Position numbers and translations under genes: made by a program. DNA of 64,000 bases from assembly GCF_009914755.1 (NCBI RefSeq), contig NC_060928.1; one strand, given 5' to 3'. Within the stretch, counting starts at the first letter, position 1, and every line of letters begins with the position of its first letter. The notes beneath the pieces were generated by a model. The model was given only the letters and a program-made list of their open reading frames with translations, was not told the origin of the DNA and did no database searches. This document shows, one piece after another, positions 1-19,263 of the stretch. Source of the DNA: the human T2T-CHM13v2.0 reference genome, Homo sapiens.

Positions 1-4
1 AAGA

Positions 5-145
5 AATGATTATTATTATTGTTCTCCTTTTTACATAGGGAATTGTAGGCTTTGGATAAGAAACTTGCCCAGGTTCACACAGATGATATAGGGCAAAACT
101 GGGAACCAAACAAAGTATGCCTGGTTGGGGAGACCTAATTCTTAA
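5..145 (+). repeat. MIR fragment
   Basis: MIR core-like aacttgcccaggttcacacag; orientation not critical. Confidence 0.5.
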
Positions 146-239
146 TCAAAAGAAATAATGAATGTGGTAAAATTTGCAAATAATGTGCTACAATAGAAGT
201 TCATGTTACATACTTATTACAAAATTATTTTTGTAGTCT

Positions 240-1993
<1,754 letters not shown>

Positions 1994-2591
1994 TTATAAA
2001 TATATAATAGGTTCAGTAAACATACAGGATTCACTCTACAGAAATCTTGCGTTGTAATGTGTAATTTAGATTACATTATAGGTAATGTTTCATTACTTCT
2101 TGATGTCTATAATTATAAATCGATATATATACATTAAAAAAAGGATCCATTTTAACTATTAATGCCCTTTGTTCTATTTCCCCCACTTATGGAATGTCTG
2201 AAAATAAATATATCATCATATTTTATAGCTACCCACTTTCAGTAGATATTTTTACATATTTTTAGTGCCTAAGTACTCAGGTACCATCACCCGTGTTACC
2301 ACTTGGTTTCAAAATGCACATGAATTTCACCTTTACAAAATTAGATGTAGTTCAAAGCCAAATAAAAACACATTTCTGGAAATGAATAATTGTATATGGA
2401 TGCTGTCAAGATAGTCTTGGCTTATGCGCCAATAACAAACTTCCCCCAAATCTCTGTTCGCTTCATACAGCAAAAGAAGATTTCTAAATCTACTCTGAGT
2501 CAGGACAATGGCCACCTGCTATATTCTTTGGCCTTTTGATTTCAGCATGAGGCCTCCTCAATAGTTAATCTTGAATGAAGAGTGTATTATT

Positions 2592-2874
2592 ATTATTATT
2601 TTGAGACAGAGTATTGCCCAGGCTGAAGTACAGTGGTGCGATCTTGGCTCACTGCAACCTCTACCTCCCGGGTTCAAGAGATTCTCCTGTCAGCCTCTGG
2701 AGTAGCTGAGATTACAGGAGCGTGCCACCAGGCCTGGCTAATTTTTGTATTTTTAGTAGAAACAGGGTTTCACCATGTTGGCCAGGCTGGTCTCAAACTC
2801 CTGACCTCAGGTGATCCATCCACCTCGGCCTCCCAAAGTGCTGTGATTACAGGCATGAGCCACTGTGCCCAGCC
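2592..2874 (-). mobile_element. AluSx-like
   Basis: Reverse Alu; TSD aagagtgtattatt at 2578-2591 and 2875-2888. Confidence 0.92.
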
Positions 2875-2879
2875 AAGAG

Positions 2880-3330
2880 TGTATTATTTTGCTAGCATTG
2901 ATGTAAAATATGCCACAAACTAAGTGGCATAAAGCAACAGAAATGTATGGTCTCACAGTTCTGGAAGCCAGAGGTCTAAAATCAAGGTGCAGGCAGAGCT
3001 CTCTCTTGATTCTCTTAGGAGGAATCTGTTCTATGCTTTTCTCTGAGCTTCTAGCATCACTGGTGGTGCTTGACAATCCCTATCTTGCATCTGTGTGACC
3101 CCAGCCTCTGCCTGTGCATCGCTTGGTGCTCTCTCCTGGTGTGTCTTCGCATCATCTTCTCATAAGGACCCCAGTCACGTTGGATGGAGGGCCCACCCTC
3201 CTCCAGTGTGACCTCATTGTCGTCTACCTAATTACATCTGCAAGAACACTATTCCCAAATGGGTCACCTTCTGAGGTACTGGCGATTAGGACTTCAGTAT
3301 ATTTTGGGAGGTATACAACCCAACTTACAA
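2880..3330 (-). mobile_element. MaLR LTR (MLT1B/C-like)
   Basis: tctcacagttctggaagccagaggtctaaaatcaagg...tcttctcataaggaccccagtca. Confidence 0.7.
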
Positions 3331-3569
3331 CAAAGGAGAAGAAAGTAAGGGGGAATTGCACAGTGACCCTTCAATGCTTTGGTCAAAAGGTGGCACAAGT
3401 TGCTTCTGCTCACAATCCCTTGGCCAGAAGCAGTCACATGGCCCCACCTGACTACAAGTGAGTGAAGACACATCATTCCCATGTGCCCAGAAACTGACAA
3501 GTATAAAGCCTAATGGTTTGGATTCATAACATGTGGCTGATCTTCTGGGAAATGTCATCTGCCTCTCTT

Positions 3570-4060
3570 ACTGTGTGGCTTTAAAACATGTCTGCAAATT
3601 CTCAGACAATCCTCTCACACAAGGTGGCGTCTAAATGTCTTCTGAATATGGACAAGCCTTTGTGACCCACTTTTATTAGAATGTTGTGAGGCTCGATTAG
3701 AAACAAAGCTGCTGTGGGGCACACGTCTTGGCAGCCCTGAGGGGGCACCTAAGAGGCCCTGCTCTCCTGAAGCCACCATGCTGGAAAGACCATGTGGCAA
3801 GGCCACAGACAAATAGAGATTATGGAGCCCCACTGATGTTAGAAAGTAGCTATTTTAATATTCCCAGAGCCATCCTCCCACAGGGGTGAGTGAAGAAGCC
3901 CTCATATAATTCTAGCCATCAGTCTTGAAGTCCCCCAGTCACAGCTGAGGCCTCATGGGGCTATGCTGTGCTCAGCTGGAATTCCTGACCCACAGAATCT
4001 GTGAGCAGAATAAATGTCACTAAGTGTTGGGGCGATTTGTTGTATTTCCATGGTAATGGG
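3570..4060 (+). mobile_element. MaLR LTR (MLT1-like)
   Basis: gaagccaccatgctggaaagacc...aattcctgacccacagaatctgtgagcagaataaat. Confidence 0.65.
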
Positions 4061-4324
4061 CACCATGCTATTTATATTTCTCTGGCAGGATCAGTATCTT
4101 GAGAAGAGGGGTAGATGCAGAGGCAGATGTGTCTCTCGTCTTTTCCACGTGAAAGGAGGAGTGGCATATTCTGGAAAGAGCTGACAGCAAGAGGCTTGCT
4201 TCCTGGTATTGCTTAAAAGAATTTAAAAACTATTCAGAAAGTAAATATATTATTTTTAAATATCCCTTCTGAAGATATTCTAGACCTTCTCTTTTCTTTT
4301 TTTCATTTCCAAAAATCTTTATTC

Positions 4325-4585
4325 ACTTTTTAATTGATATTTGATAGATATACAAACTTTCAGGGTACACGTGACAATTCCATACATTCATATAATGTAT
4401 AAAGATCAAATTAGTGTTATTGGGCTATGCATCACCCTAAATATTTATCTTTTCTTTATTCTAGGAACATTTGAATTATTCTCTTTTAGTTATTTTGAAA
4501 GGTACAATAGATTACTGTAAACTGTAGTCAGCTTACTAATCTTATTTCTTCTAACTGTATATATTTGTACCCATTGATCAATCTA
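4325..4585 (-). mobile_element. L1MA 3' end fragment
   Basis: Reverse-complement L1MA terminus (catcaccctaaatatttatc, ttattttgaaa). Confidence 0.65.
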
Positions 4586-5533
4586 CCTGTCTCTTTTGTA
4601 AACAGCCTTTATTAATAGAAAATTGTACATATAAATAAATCCACTTTTTCAACATGGAAAATTGATCTCATCTTCTCATATTCTGATTTCAGGAGAAATC
4701 ACTCTTCTTATTTATCTACTTAAAAATTTTACTAAGTTGTCTCTTTATGCATTTATCATTTCAAAAAATTACAATATTAACAGTGATTGTCTCTTGATGA
4801 TAGAATTAAGTGAATTTAAAATGTTAGTCCTAAATTCGTTTATTTTCTGAACATTGTATAAAGAATTTAGATTCTTTTTATAATCTAGTTTAAAGTGAAA
4901 ATAGCTTTTGAGAAATATGACATGTGATATCAATTGATTGAGAAGGAATGGAATAGGCACCACAAGGGGCTTAATGACACCAGGAAAAGTTTAGTGTTAG
5001 GAAAAGAAAAGAAATACTTGGGAAAAGTAGAGGGTCCAGTCCAAACTTATGAAAAACCAGACAGTGGTAGAAAATGCTACTGGGATTTTTGTGGAGTTCT
5101 TTGTAAGCTAGAAGGAAGATTCTGCTTCTGATATAGAATTCAAGATTGTAAATTAAATGTTTAGGTAAATAATATAATCGGAATAGTGTTTTAGGAAGAT
5201 GATTGTATTCATAGTGCTTCATTTCAAATATAGTGAAAAATGGGGGAGAAGGGAATTGATAAAATAACGCACAGTTGCTTACTTCCTACTTAGAAGAATA
5301 AAAGATGTTTGATGATGGACACAAGCTGATCTGAGAGTCAAGGCAGCTTTACAGAGGGTAAAGAAGAAAACTCCTATAATAAGTAAGTCTGGCTGTACTG
5401 TGTTCTTCCTGAACAAAAGAACCGTGTATTTCTCTGTAGACTCTCTAGAAATAAACAAAGGAGTTAGTTTCTACGGATTAGGTCCTTCTTAAATAAAGTC
5501 CCCACCCAATAAACTAGTTTTAAGAACTAGTAG

Positions 5534-6170
<637 letters not shown>

Positions 6171-7859
6171 TCCTATTAACTTTTTAACTGACTATTATTT
6201 TTGTGATTGTCACTTTGGATTAATAGTGATTAGGCAACTGAAATATAGCTCTCAGCCCAACAGAAGTGTTATATTGCTTGAATTCTTTTATTGGAAACAC
6301 ATTGGGCAATTCAAAGGAATGAGCAAAGAATCAAATAGAAGTTGGAAAAAATATCCAAACAAGAAAACAATTTGCATTACCTCCTGACAGTTAGTTTTAA
6401 ACCTTGTCTTACTAAAAGTGTGACTCTTCAATCTATAAACTGACCACTTCCTTATTTAAAATCAAAAGTTGAATATTTGAATTAATCTTCATTTCCAAAA
6501 GTTAAAAAATTTCCAAGAGTTTAGAAAAGTTTTCTTTAATTGAGGAATAAAACTGTAGAGTTCTCCTCAGTAATATACTTCCAAAATCCTTTATCCTTTC
6601 AGCTTTTGTTTTTTTCTTTCCAAACTCCAATGACAGAAAACAGAAACCAGCTCTGTGCTTCCAAGTTTCTGGAATAGTTGCAGATGAGTCAATATAAATG
6701 CCAATTTTCTGGTCTGGTCTAGAGTGAATATTTTGGTGATAGTTTTGATAATTTTTGATACCTGGTGCTTTTGAATCCAGTTACAGGAAAAATGCAGCAA
6801 TTTCTCACTTTTGTTTTTATGGAGAAAAAACACTCAAGCAAGTCATGTTTTTCTAAGTTGTTGTGGTTTTTTTTTTTTTTTCCAGTATCAGAGAAAAAAC
6901 AAAAAACATCTGTTTTCCTTCAAGTCTTTGTGACTTTCCATGTCCATTCCTCAGTTATTACCAACTGAATATAAAGTGGGTGATTTTTCTAGGATGCTTT
7001 CTGAAGAACAGGAATAAATAAACTTGGGAATCTGATATTTCTGAACCATAAGTTCTGCATTTTGGATTGTCAAGGAATTCTCAGCTCCTAACAAACCAAA
7101 CTATGACCTAGGTTAACTTGCTATTTGCATCTGGTTTGCACTCACCTCATGGCATCAAGCCATCTCCATGCATGTGATGGTGGAAACATTTGCAAGACGT
7201 GGCAGTGACAACAAAGGTAGCATTATGACCTCAGGGGTGTGTGTAAGACTTGGGGCTTGGTCTGCAGTAGGAGACAATTATTCTGCAATCTTCCTGGTCC
7301 TGCCATTAATTTATTTAAGTCCTGGAAGAATACTTAAATTGGTCTCAAGTTCCATCAGCAAGATGGGAGTAAGTATACATATCAATCTCAAGGGCATTAT
7401 CTGAATCATGACAAAAATAGATATTGGTTACTTAACTTTACAAATCATTAGAGAGAAATATAACTAATACTATAGTACACTCTTCTGAAAACTAAGATTG
7501 TAATAGAATTAATAGGACATTTCCAGGACTTATAGGCATTATATTTGAAATCAAATTTTCCAAATGTTTATTTTTTCTCTCATTCATCTCAAATTCTGCC
7601 AGTAACCATGCATTGATATAAACTAATATAGCCCAAATGTGTAACTACCATTATACCTAAAGTTAATCTGATATATTTATCTGCTGATGGTTTATTGCTC
7701 TGCCTTCATTTAGTGTTACAGATGCAAAGCTGGACACAATAGTGGATGCTTCATAAAGGATACTGATAAAAGAAAATATACTAAGTATCTGAGGCGATAG
7801 AGGATGAAGTGCAACACTGTGCTTATAGCCCAGCTGCAGCTTTATACAGGAACGGCAGG

Positions 7860-8100
7860 CAGGGCTGAGGAATTTCTTTTGAGTGCCCACTGTGTACAAC
7901 ACATAGCACTAGATATCCTTTAATGTACTAGCTCATTTAATCCTCATAAAAACCCTTTGGAATGTGAGTTATTTGTTCCTTTTTTCCAAATGGTAGAACT
8001 TGAGGTTCATTGTGATGAATGAAGGTGTGTGTAATCACAGCGTTGGTTAGAGGCAGAAGTAGAAGTCAGAGTTCTCTCTGACTCTAAAACTTAGACCCAG
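7860..8100. repeat. MIR
   Basis: ttgagtgcccactgtgtac...ctcatttaatcctcataaaaaccct. Confidence 0.55.
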
Positions 8101-8225
8101 CTGATAGGCCACTTTCACTTCCTAAGAGCTGAAACTGGCCATCTAAGTAGGAAGGAATGAAGGTCAATTCGTGGCTTTTGTTTGTAGTTTTTACAGTGTG
8201 GCTCCATTGATGATAGCAAGTTATC

Positions 8226-8800
8226 TGTTAGGCAGAATTCTAAGATGACCCGTGACCTTCTTCTGCTGGATGTTCCTCTTTTGATCGTGTTATATTACGA
8301 GGCATGGAGAGTTTGCAGATGTTGGGATTACTGATCAATTGACCTTAAAATAGGGAGATAATCTCGGTGGGTTTAACCTAAACACATGAGCCTTTTACAA
8401 TTTTCTCCAGCTGCTTGCGGAAGAGTAAGTCAGAAATAATCTAAGCATGGAAACAATTCTACGTGAGGGAAATTAATCACTGCTGATATGAAAGCTGAAA
8501 CAGATGGCTTAAGGGATGAGAGTGGTGCTAGGGGCCCCTGGTCAACCTCCAGCAAGACAACAGGTACTCAGCCCTGCAACAGCCAGGAACTCAATGCTGC
8601 CCACACCGTGAATGAGTTTTGAGGCAGATTTTTCCCAAGAACCTCTAGAGAAGAGTCCAGGCCAGCCAACATCATTAGTTCAACCTTGTAAGGCTTTGAG
8701 CAGAATCAGCTTTCTGGACTTCTGATCTATAGGAAGGTAGGCTAATAAACGTGTGCTGTTTTAAGCTGCTAAATTTCTATAATTTGTTTTGCAGCAATTG
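8226..8800 (+). mobile_element. MaLR LTR (MLT1E/F-like)
   Basis: tgttaggcagaattctaagatgaccc...ttttaagctgctaaatttctataatttgttttgcagcaat. Confidence 0.7.
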
Positions 8801-9450
8801 GGTTACTGGTCAAATTAACATTGTTTGCACTTACACATACTAGTATTGTTCTTGACACAGTTCTTAATTATGAGTTTGGTTGCCTACTGGAATAATTGGA
8901 TCAATGTATTACTTTTCTTTAGTATGAGATTTCCTCCACTGGAAGACTTGCTCTTCTTTATTTGAGCAGGTTGATGTGTGCCAAATCAGAATAATGCATT
9001 GATTCTGTCAACTTTTAGTTCGTTAAAGATAATTTATTTTAAAAGAGTATAGAGTTTGGTCTAAAATGTAATATTTTCTATATGTTCAAAAAGTGGACCA
9101 TGTTTTTAATAGGAGATGCAAAGGCCTACCTGGTAGTGGAATGCTGGCTACAAAATGAATATGTCTGTGTTTGTGAAGGAAAGAAGTTATTGCAGAAAAA
9201 GTGTCTTGTGTACTGTTAAGAATTAAAAAGGCTTTGAATCCACTGGAATATCTGGCAACTTTGCTATAAAGTCTTGTTTTCATTAAAATGGTTTGGGCTG
9301 AACCTTTCTTTGATAATTTAAAATTCCTTTCCACTCTCCCTCCTCCTTTCTGCCTCTAACTCCCATGCTTAAAGCATCACTGGTATTTTGGCAAATCAGG
9401 CTAAGTTAAAAACAAACTACTTGCTTACATATTCTCCAGCATCTGTCTAG

Positions 9451-9952
<502 letters not shown>

Positions 9953-10177
9953 ACTTCTCTGTTTCTTTAGTCGTTTCTTCCTTTACTCTTGTATTCTTCG
10001 ATCTAGCCTTGTTTTGGTTACCAGTGTTATGTAACCAACTATTATTTACCTAGTACTATAAAATTGCAACAGCTGTGTTACACTCATTGATTCTATGTGT
10101 TAGGAATTCTGGTAGGGCACAGCAGAGATGGCTTATGTCTGCCCATAATGTCTGTGGCCTCAGCTGAAGGTGATTCA

Positions 10178-10641
<464 letters not shown>

Positions 10642-11202
10642 AGGCTGGACTCAGCTGGAAATGTTGACTGGAACTGGGTTAGGATATTTACCCACTGGAC
10701 AGGCTGCAGGTAGGTGTTCCACAGTTATGGCTAGGTTCCAGGCTAGTTCTGAACCCACCCAGACCTGTAGCTAGGTTCTGTGAGAAACATACCAAGGGGC
10801 GATGTCCAAAGAGTGAGGGTCTCAAACATCCCAACCATAAATGCATTATGATACTTATGATCTGGTATTAAAGGTCACATAGCAGCATTTGCACATGTAG
10901 TTGTACTCTATTGGTTGAAACAACTACAAGTCCACCCAGGTGCAAGAGAAGGAGACATAGGCTACACTTTTTGAGGGGAGAGTAGCAACGCACATTTTAG
11001 AGAAATATTTTGAATGGGATCTATTTGGTGGCCATCTTTAGAAAATGCAGCATGCCACAATCTGCCCTAGGGCTACAACAATTTGTATCCCACTGACATG
11101 CAAAATAAAAACACCCTCTCCAAAGACCCCCAAAAGTCTCCATTTTGACTTTCATTTTAGACTCAAGGTCCAGAATCTTATCATCTAAATTGGGTGATAT
11201 GG

Positions 11203-11511
11203 GGCTGGGTGTGCCGACTCATGCCTGTAATCCCAGCACTTTAGGAGGCCCAGACAGGAGGATCACTTAAGCTCAGGAGTTTGAAACCATCCTGGGCAGC
11301 TTAATGAGACCTCGTCTCTGCAAAAAACAAACAAACAAAAAACAAACCTAAGTGAGCGTGGCGGCATGCCTATAGTCCCAACTACTCAGGAGGCTGAGGT
11401 GGGAGGTCACTTGAGCCTGGGAGGCCTAGGCTGCAGTGAGCTGTGATTGCTCCACCGTACTCCAGCCTGAGTGACAGAGTGAGACCCCATCTCAATCAGT
11501 CAATCAATCAA
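11203..11511 (+). mobile_element. AluJ
   Basis: J-type features (aggaggatcactt, tgagcctgggagg, ggctgcagtgagctgtgat); TSD tgggtgatatg; (TCAA)n tail. Confidence 0.88.
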
Positions 11512-12018
11512 ATGGGTGATATGTAAATAAGACACCTCGAGTGCAGTTCCTCAAGTATTTCTTGCAATCTGACCTGTGAATGTAAGAGAGAGGTTATCTT
11601 TCTCCAAAACACTGAACATACAATAGTCAAACCGATATAGGATAACCACTGCTATTCGAAAATATAATCACTGTTTCATAGCAATTCTGAAATCCAGCAG
11701 GGAACATGTTACCAGTTCCTTGATAAGGCTTAGACCCACAACCTGAGAGTTCTTCTCCGCAGCTCTTATATTCATCCTGGGCTCTTTGTTCCACCCGAGT
11801 CATTTTTCCTTTTTATAAGGAGTAGTCCATGTCTACAGCTAAGCAGATTTGTATTTGTCTGTTTCTTTATTTTTTAAATCATGTATCTTGCCAGTAAAAG
11901 TTTTGGAGTTCAAAAGCCTTTTTTCATTTGATACTGTCTCTGTCCCTTTTATTCCCATCTGATATAATTTCTTTAAAAATGTTGTGGGTTTGTTGTATGT
12001 CAATTTATAAGTCTAACA

Positions 12019-12303
12019 TTTTGAGAGGGAGTCTCACTCTGTCACCCAGGCTGGAGTGCAGAGCCAATCTTGGCTCACTGCAACCTCCACTTCTGGGTTT
12101 GAGAGATTCTCCTGCCTCAGCCTCCGAAGTAGCTGGGATTACAGGTGCCCGTCACCAGGCCCAGCTAATTTTTGTATTTTTAGTAGAGACAGGGTTTCAC
12201 TATTTTGGCCAGGCTGGTCTCGGATTCCTCACCTCAGGTGATCTGCCCACCTCGGCCTCCCAAAGTGCTGGGATTACAGGCATGAGCCACCACACCCAAC
12301 CTG
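12019..12303 (-). mobile_element. AluSx-like
   Basis: Reverse Alu; flanks share taacatt. Confidence 0.9.
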
Positions 12304-12867
12304 GAATAACATTCTTAAGACCTTTAGAAGCCTTAATATTTTTCTTAACAGAGACATGCCCTGAAGATGGTTTGAAAGCTTTTGGTCCATCTCAGTGTGT
12401 CTACAGGGCACAAACATAAATTTTTCCGAGGTCTGCATAAAGGGTTTTGTAGTCACACCTAAGGTTTCATCTTGATTCCAAGACAATGTTTTTCTGCTAG
12501 CTCTCTGGATTTAATATTTGAATCAATGACTCTTTCTTAATTGAGAAGCCTTTTCTGTCTGGAAAGACTCTCCTAAACCCTTGATAGTTGTTCTTGAAAA
12601 GGAAGAGTTTATTTTTTAGTTAATTTCTCTCTGCTCTCACATTCTACTATAGCTGGCTAGAAGAAACCACAATGCACCTTACACTCTTCTTCCAAAAACC
12701 TCCTTACCTTGATTAAGTTCATTAGCATATTTCTTATTTTCCGTATTACTGGTGGTAACTGTGTTGACAAGCTTTCTACCATTATATATACAAGTTTCCT
12801 TCCTCTAGCTTCCAATAACAATCTCCTCAGTCTCTTTCACACTTTCACTGACTCCCTTTTTGAGGAC

Positions 12868-13590
<723 letters not shown>

Positions 13591-14419
13591 GCTTTTTGGA
13601 CATCTGTCTGACACACAATCCTAAAAACAAATTCCACCTGTTTTAGGTTTTGTTTTGGTGGTACTTCATTTCTAGATCCCCAATTCCATTTCATTTACCA
13701 TGATGGCATAAATAAAGCACCTCAGACCTTGTTCAAATAATTATAATCATGTTGTTTTCCTCGAAGATCTTGTGGTTCAGGAATTCAGACAGGATTCAGT
13801 GAGATGTCTTGTCTCTGCTCCGTGATATCTGGGGCCTCTGCTGGGCTTCATTGGAATGACAGTGACTTGGAATCATGTGGAAGCTTCCTCACCCTTATGT
13901 CTGGCACCTGAGCTGGGATGAATCTAAGGCGGTGCTCAGCGGGGCATGTGCACCAGAGCATCCGCATGTGGCTCTTCTGTGTTGCTGAGTCCTCATAGCA
14001 TGGAAGCAGAGTAACCAAGGGATCCTCCTGAAAGGGTGTTTGGAGAGCCCCATGACCCCACTGGGCTCAATCAGTCACAGCCCACACAGATTTGAGTGGA
14101 CAGGACTTGCGATGGGGCAACTGCTGTGCCACTTGCCACACCATCTTCCTCCTTTTTTGTTTAGGTGTTTATAACATGTGCTAAGTTTCAATTCTTTTTT
14201 TTATCTTAAAATAAATCATGTCTTTTTAGGATAAAGAGAACTCTTTTTAGGTTAAGGGAACCAAGCAGAATCAGCATTCATGATGAACAAGCATTCACCC
14301 CCATCTGTATAATAAATCAGGAAACCAATGTAATGTGCAGACAGCTCCTGAATTAGCAATTGTGTCTCATTGAAGGAGTCCATAAGAATACAGTGTAAAT
14401 GTTTTAAGGCCCAACAGCC

Positions 14420-14620
14420 AGGTAGTGAAGAGAGTGAACTCTGGAGGTAGCTGCTCTGGGTTCAATTCCCAGGTATATCACTTATTAGTTCTTAGTTTAG
14501 GAAAAATTATTCAACCTTTTAGTGCCTCACTTTCCACATTTCTAAAATGGAGATCACATTACCTTCCTCACCCAGTGCAATGGAGACTAAATTAATATCT
14601 ATATGGAAAGCACATAAAGC
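14420..14620. repeat. MIR
   Basis: tgggttcaattccc...gtgcctcactttccacatttctaaaatggagat. Confidence 0.6.
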
Positions 14621-17018
14621 AATATAAGAAATAGCAATACTCATTAGTTTCTGTGAAATCAACTTTTCAATTCATCTTTACTACTAAATGGCTAAGAATA
14701 GACACACACACAGACACCACCACCCTTCCCCCCCAAACATGTAAAAATCTTGAATCACTGCCCTTGCGAATCAATGGCTAAGGAAAAGATTGGTACTGTC
14801 ATGAATGTTTGAGAGCTGAGAGGGTCTAAAAGGATTCGGAACACAAAATTTAACAAAAATATAAAAGGCACTAAGGAAAAAGAAACATTTTTATAATACC
14901 TGAATCACTTTTCTCTTTTTCTGCCTTAATAATTCTCCAGACAGTGAACTCTTTGGTGAGCCTAAATAACTCCTCAAGATGCCTGGAGGAAATGTCCCAC
15001 AGAAGCAGGTTTTTTTAAAGGACATTAATTAATGGAATTGTTTAGCTTTATATTTTTGAATAACAATATTTAAAGAGGGTCTGAATAGTATACTACATGG
15101 TTAACTTCTCAATTTCTGCCTGTAGAAAATATGTTAAGAGTTTTCAGTAGAGAGCAGACTCTCTCAATCGTGAAGACATAATAATTATTTACCCGGCTTA
15201 CTGTTTTTCATTGCAAATGTAAAGGCATTCTCTTTTTATGGACTCAAAAATCACTTTTAAAAAACTTGATTTTGAAAATAAATAGTAAAAATTATGACAC
15301 TGGAATATTATGGATGAGTAGGACCGAGGAAAAAAGGGCAGAGTGGAAAATATTGGAAATGGCAAGGTCTGGAATTTCCAAAAGCACGAGCTGACTCTAA
15401 ACCTTCAGATAAAAATTTTCCTCTCCTCGAACATTGGCCTCACACTTTTCTGGGTGTCGTTTTGGACTGTCAAGGCTGAGATGAATAATTTGGGATTTTC
15501 TCATGACTTCTGATCTGTAGCAGCTTGGATTTACTTAGACTTCAGCACCTTCAAAATGACATATTAGTGTCATCTATGTTCTTTCATGGAGAAATAATTC
15601 TGCCTTCCTCAACTGTCCCCTGCCACTGAATTTAATATGTGAGCATTTTGCTGTTTGGAAGTTTTCCAACTTCCCCATAAAGACCAGTTGATCACCTTGT
15701 CGCCCTTGTAAAGGTATAACTGCCTCTCTCAAAGAGAAATAGTTGAGATATTTGTGGCTAGAGGCAACTTATTTATTATTATTATTACTGTTATTATCAT
15801 TATGATTGCCCAGTGGCAGATGAAAGGAGTTCTGTAGTATCAACGGGTCTGGCACCTTTGTTTCAGCTGGGGTGGCTTTAGAAGTGGGCCAAGCAGTCAC
15901 CTGTGTGAGCTCCCGATTTGTAAGACCTCTGTGTCTACAGATATCCTGGTTTATTCTCCTTTGTTGACACATTTGAGCACCGTTATAGCCATAATTTTAT
16001 TTGGTGGCATGTGATTGTTGAAATGCTCTTTTTGTACTTTGTACTTGCAACTGTGTGGGGCTAAAGCTGAACATTGTTTTCTGTGATTTATAACAACGCG
16101 GGAGAAAGATTAGATCTCTCACGTAATTATTCAGGATTTGGCGGATTCTTGAGCTGGATTTTAAGTGATTAGAAGAAAAAGGGGGTTTTGGAGCAAAATA
16201 CTCCTTCATCATCTTGATTTTGGAGGACTTTTATACTCAGGGTGGTTAAAATATGCATGTGAATATGGCAATGTAGACCTTATTGCTGAGGCATTGGAAG
16301 CCTCCTCTTATTTCTCTCAAGCTTTTGAAGAAGAGTGTTCCAAAGGACACTGGACATGCTGCCTTAACCCAAACCACACCCCTCACCCTAGGCTCCCCTC
16401 ACCCTATGCTCCCCAGCACACTCACCTCACTACTAAAAATCAATTCATGTCTATTCTCTGCTTCAAAATAATATTTCTCCTTAACACTCAGGGCAACTTT
16501 GATTTCCTGAGCCCTCACTTTGAATTTCTACCACCATCCTAGAAATAGGCATGATTCTTAACCTCATCTAAGTATGAAAAAACCAGGACTGAGAAAGTTC
16601 AATAACCTGTTATTTTGTATTTAGAACACATACGTTTAACCACTAGCTTCTCATTCTCCAAATCTCTAAATGGGAACAATTATAACTGAAATGTTAGGAT
16701 TTTGAAGAATTGAAGAAAATGTGTGTAAATATCTCATGTTATGTCTAATGTATTGTCTCACTTAATTTCAAAAATAGCTAAAAGATCTTATTGAGATGAA
16801 AAGTTCCTGGATTGAGTATGATTCCATATCATTTGAAATGCAAGAATATATTTACCCCACATATATTACAGGTTTTGAAAAGCCAATAAAATTATGGTTC
16901 TAGTCTCCTTAACTCAGTTACTTTCAGCAGGAAATAGCCTGGTTTTTTTCCATGAAGTGGCTGTGTGATCCCAATACACTAGTGTCTTTTACTGAACAAT
17001 ATTTTGCATATATTATAA

Positions 17019-17328
<310 letters not shown>

Positions 17329-18097
17329 ATAACTTTCTAAGACTGAAGATTCAATAGTAAAATAAATTTTTTCTCTGAAATTTGACTATGCAAATGATAA
17401 TCTACAGTGACTTCTTTTCTGTCCGTTGCTAACTCCCAGCTTTTTGCGTCTACTGGGCTAAAAAGCGTTGTGCTCTACATGCAATAGCGAAAGTGCAGGC
17501 TTGGGTTCTTCCAGGGCTCTGACACAGAGAAGGGGTGAGGGGACTCTAATCTATTGGCTATTTAAGACACTAGACAGTAGCATCTTAGTTTGAGGACAAA
17601 GACTGAAAAGCAGGGTAACTTGAGAATGACCTGGGATCTGATTTCTGAGATCTGTGGAGATCTATAGGAAGATCTCCATTGGTCTCACATTATTGATCTG
17701 ACTCTCAAAAGCCAAAGAAGGAGCTGAACACCCCAGCTGAGTCTCCCTTGTCTCGAGTCTAGGGAAAGTAGAACTCCCCCAGGTGTTTCTGCAGAAACAG
17801 GCAACTTCTTAATGATCAATAATGAGACATAGGAATTAAAATCATGATATTCCAATTAATCAGTTCAGTAGATAAATAGCAAGAAAAGTCAATCACCTTT
17901 GAAGCTTGAATTATTTGACTGGAAGATGAGGTATAAAAATATTTCAAAGTCCAGAATGAAAATATTATGGAGATGAACATATGAGGGAAACGAAAATACC
18001 TTTGGGAGGATATATTTAAGAAGTCAAGCAGGTGATTAACAGAACTTCTAGAAGAAAAAAACAAATAGCGAAAGGGCAATACATATACGAATAATAT

Positions 18098-18596
18098 TGT
18101 ATTGTGTAACCAAATTATCCTAAAACGAAGTGGCTTAAAACAGTATACTTTTTCTTTATCCCATAGTTTTGATGGGTCAGGAATCCCAGAGAGGGTTAGT
18201 GGAATGGTTCTGGCTCAGGGCCTCACATGGGATTGCAGTCAAACTCTCAGCTGCGTCTGCAATCTCTGAACTTGACTGTTGATAACACATCCACTTTCAG
18301 CTAACTCATGTGGCTGCTGGTAGAAGGTGAACCATATGAATTGTTTTAAACAGAACAGCCCAGAGCAGGGGTGTCCCCAAAGCAAGTGATTTAAGAAAGA
18401 GAATGAAAGTGAGTGAGCAACAATGCTCAAGATAGAAGCCAAAGTCTTATACCTGAATCTTGGGAGTGACTTGCCATTTCTTCTACTCTCTGCTGCAACA
18501 CTTCAGCCTTGGTATAACATTCGAGGGGACTCCACAAGAGTGGGAATACTAGGAGGTGGAGATTATTGGCAACCATCTTAGAAGCTGCCTGCCACA
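18098..18596 (-). mobile_element. MaLR LTR (MLT1-like) within an old L1M-like tract
   Basis: gtggcttaaaacag...gggtcaggaatccc...ccatcttagaagctgcctgccaca. Confidence 0.65.
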
Positions 18597-18899
18597 AATA
18601 TTATAGAAGGAATATCTCTAGAGTTGAAGAAGAACCTCAACCTGAAATTTCAGAGGGCACACTCAATTCCAAGTTGGGTCAATAACAAAACATGCACACA
18701 TATTCTCCATAAAGGTCTCCAATGCTAAATATCAAGTGGAAACCAGATAAGCTTCAAGTTTAAACTCACCTGTTACACCAAAGTAGAAAATGTGCAACTG
18801 GCCTGACATATATCTCTGCAAGAATGTAGGCCAGAAGACAGTGGGATAATATCTATAAGTGAATGACACATGACTGCAACTCAACGATTATAGATCAAA

Positions 18900-19263
<364 letters not shown>

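Noticed and set aside
16165-16542. 125-aa ORF with a protein-like middle (LKYACEYGNVDLIAEAL, faintly ankyrin-like)
   Set aside because: The resemblance is limited to one short motif, the start is not ATG, and there is no poly(A)/TSD or clear splice context.
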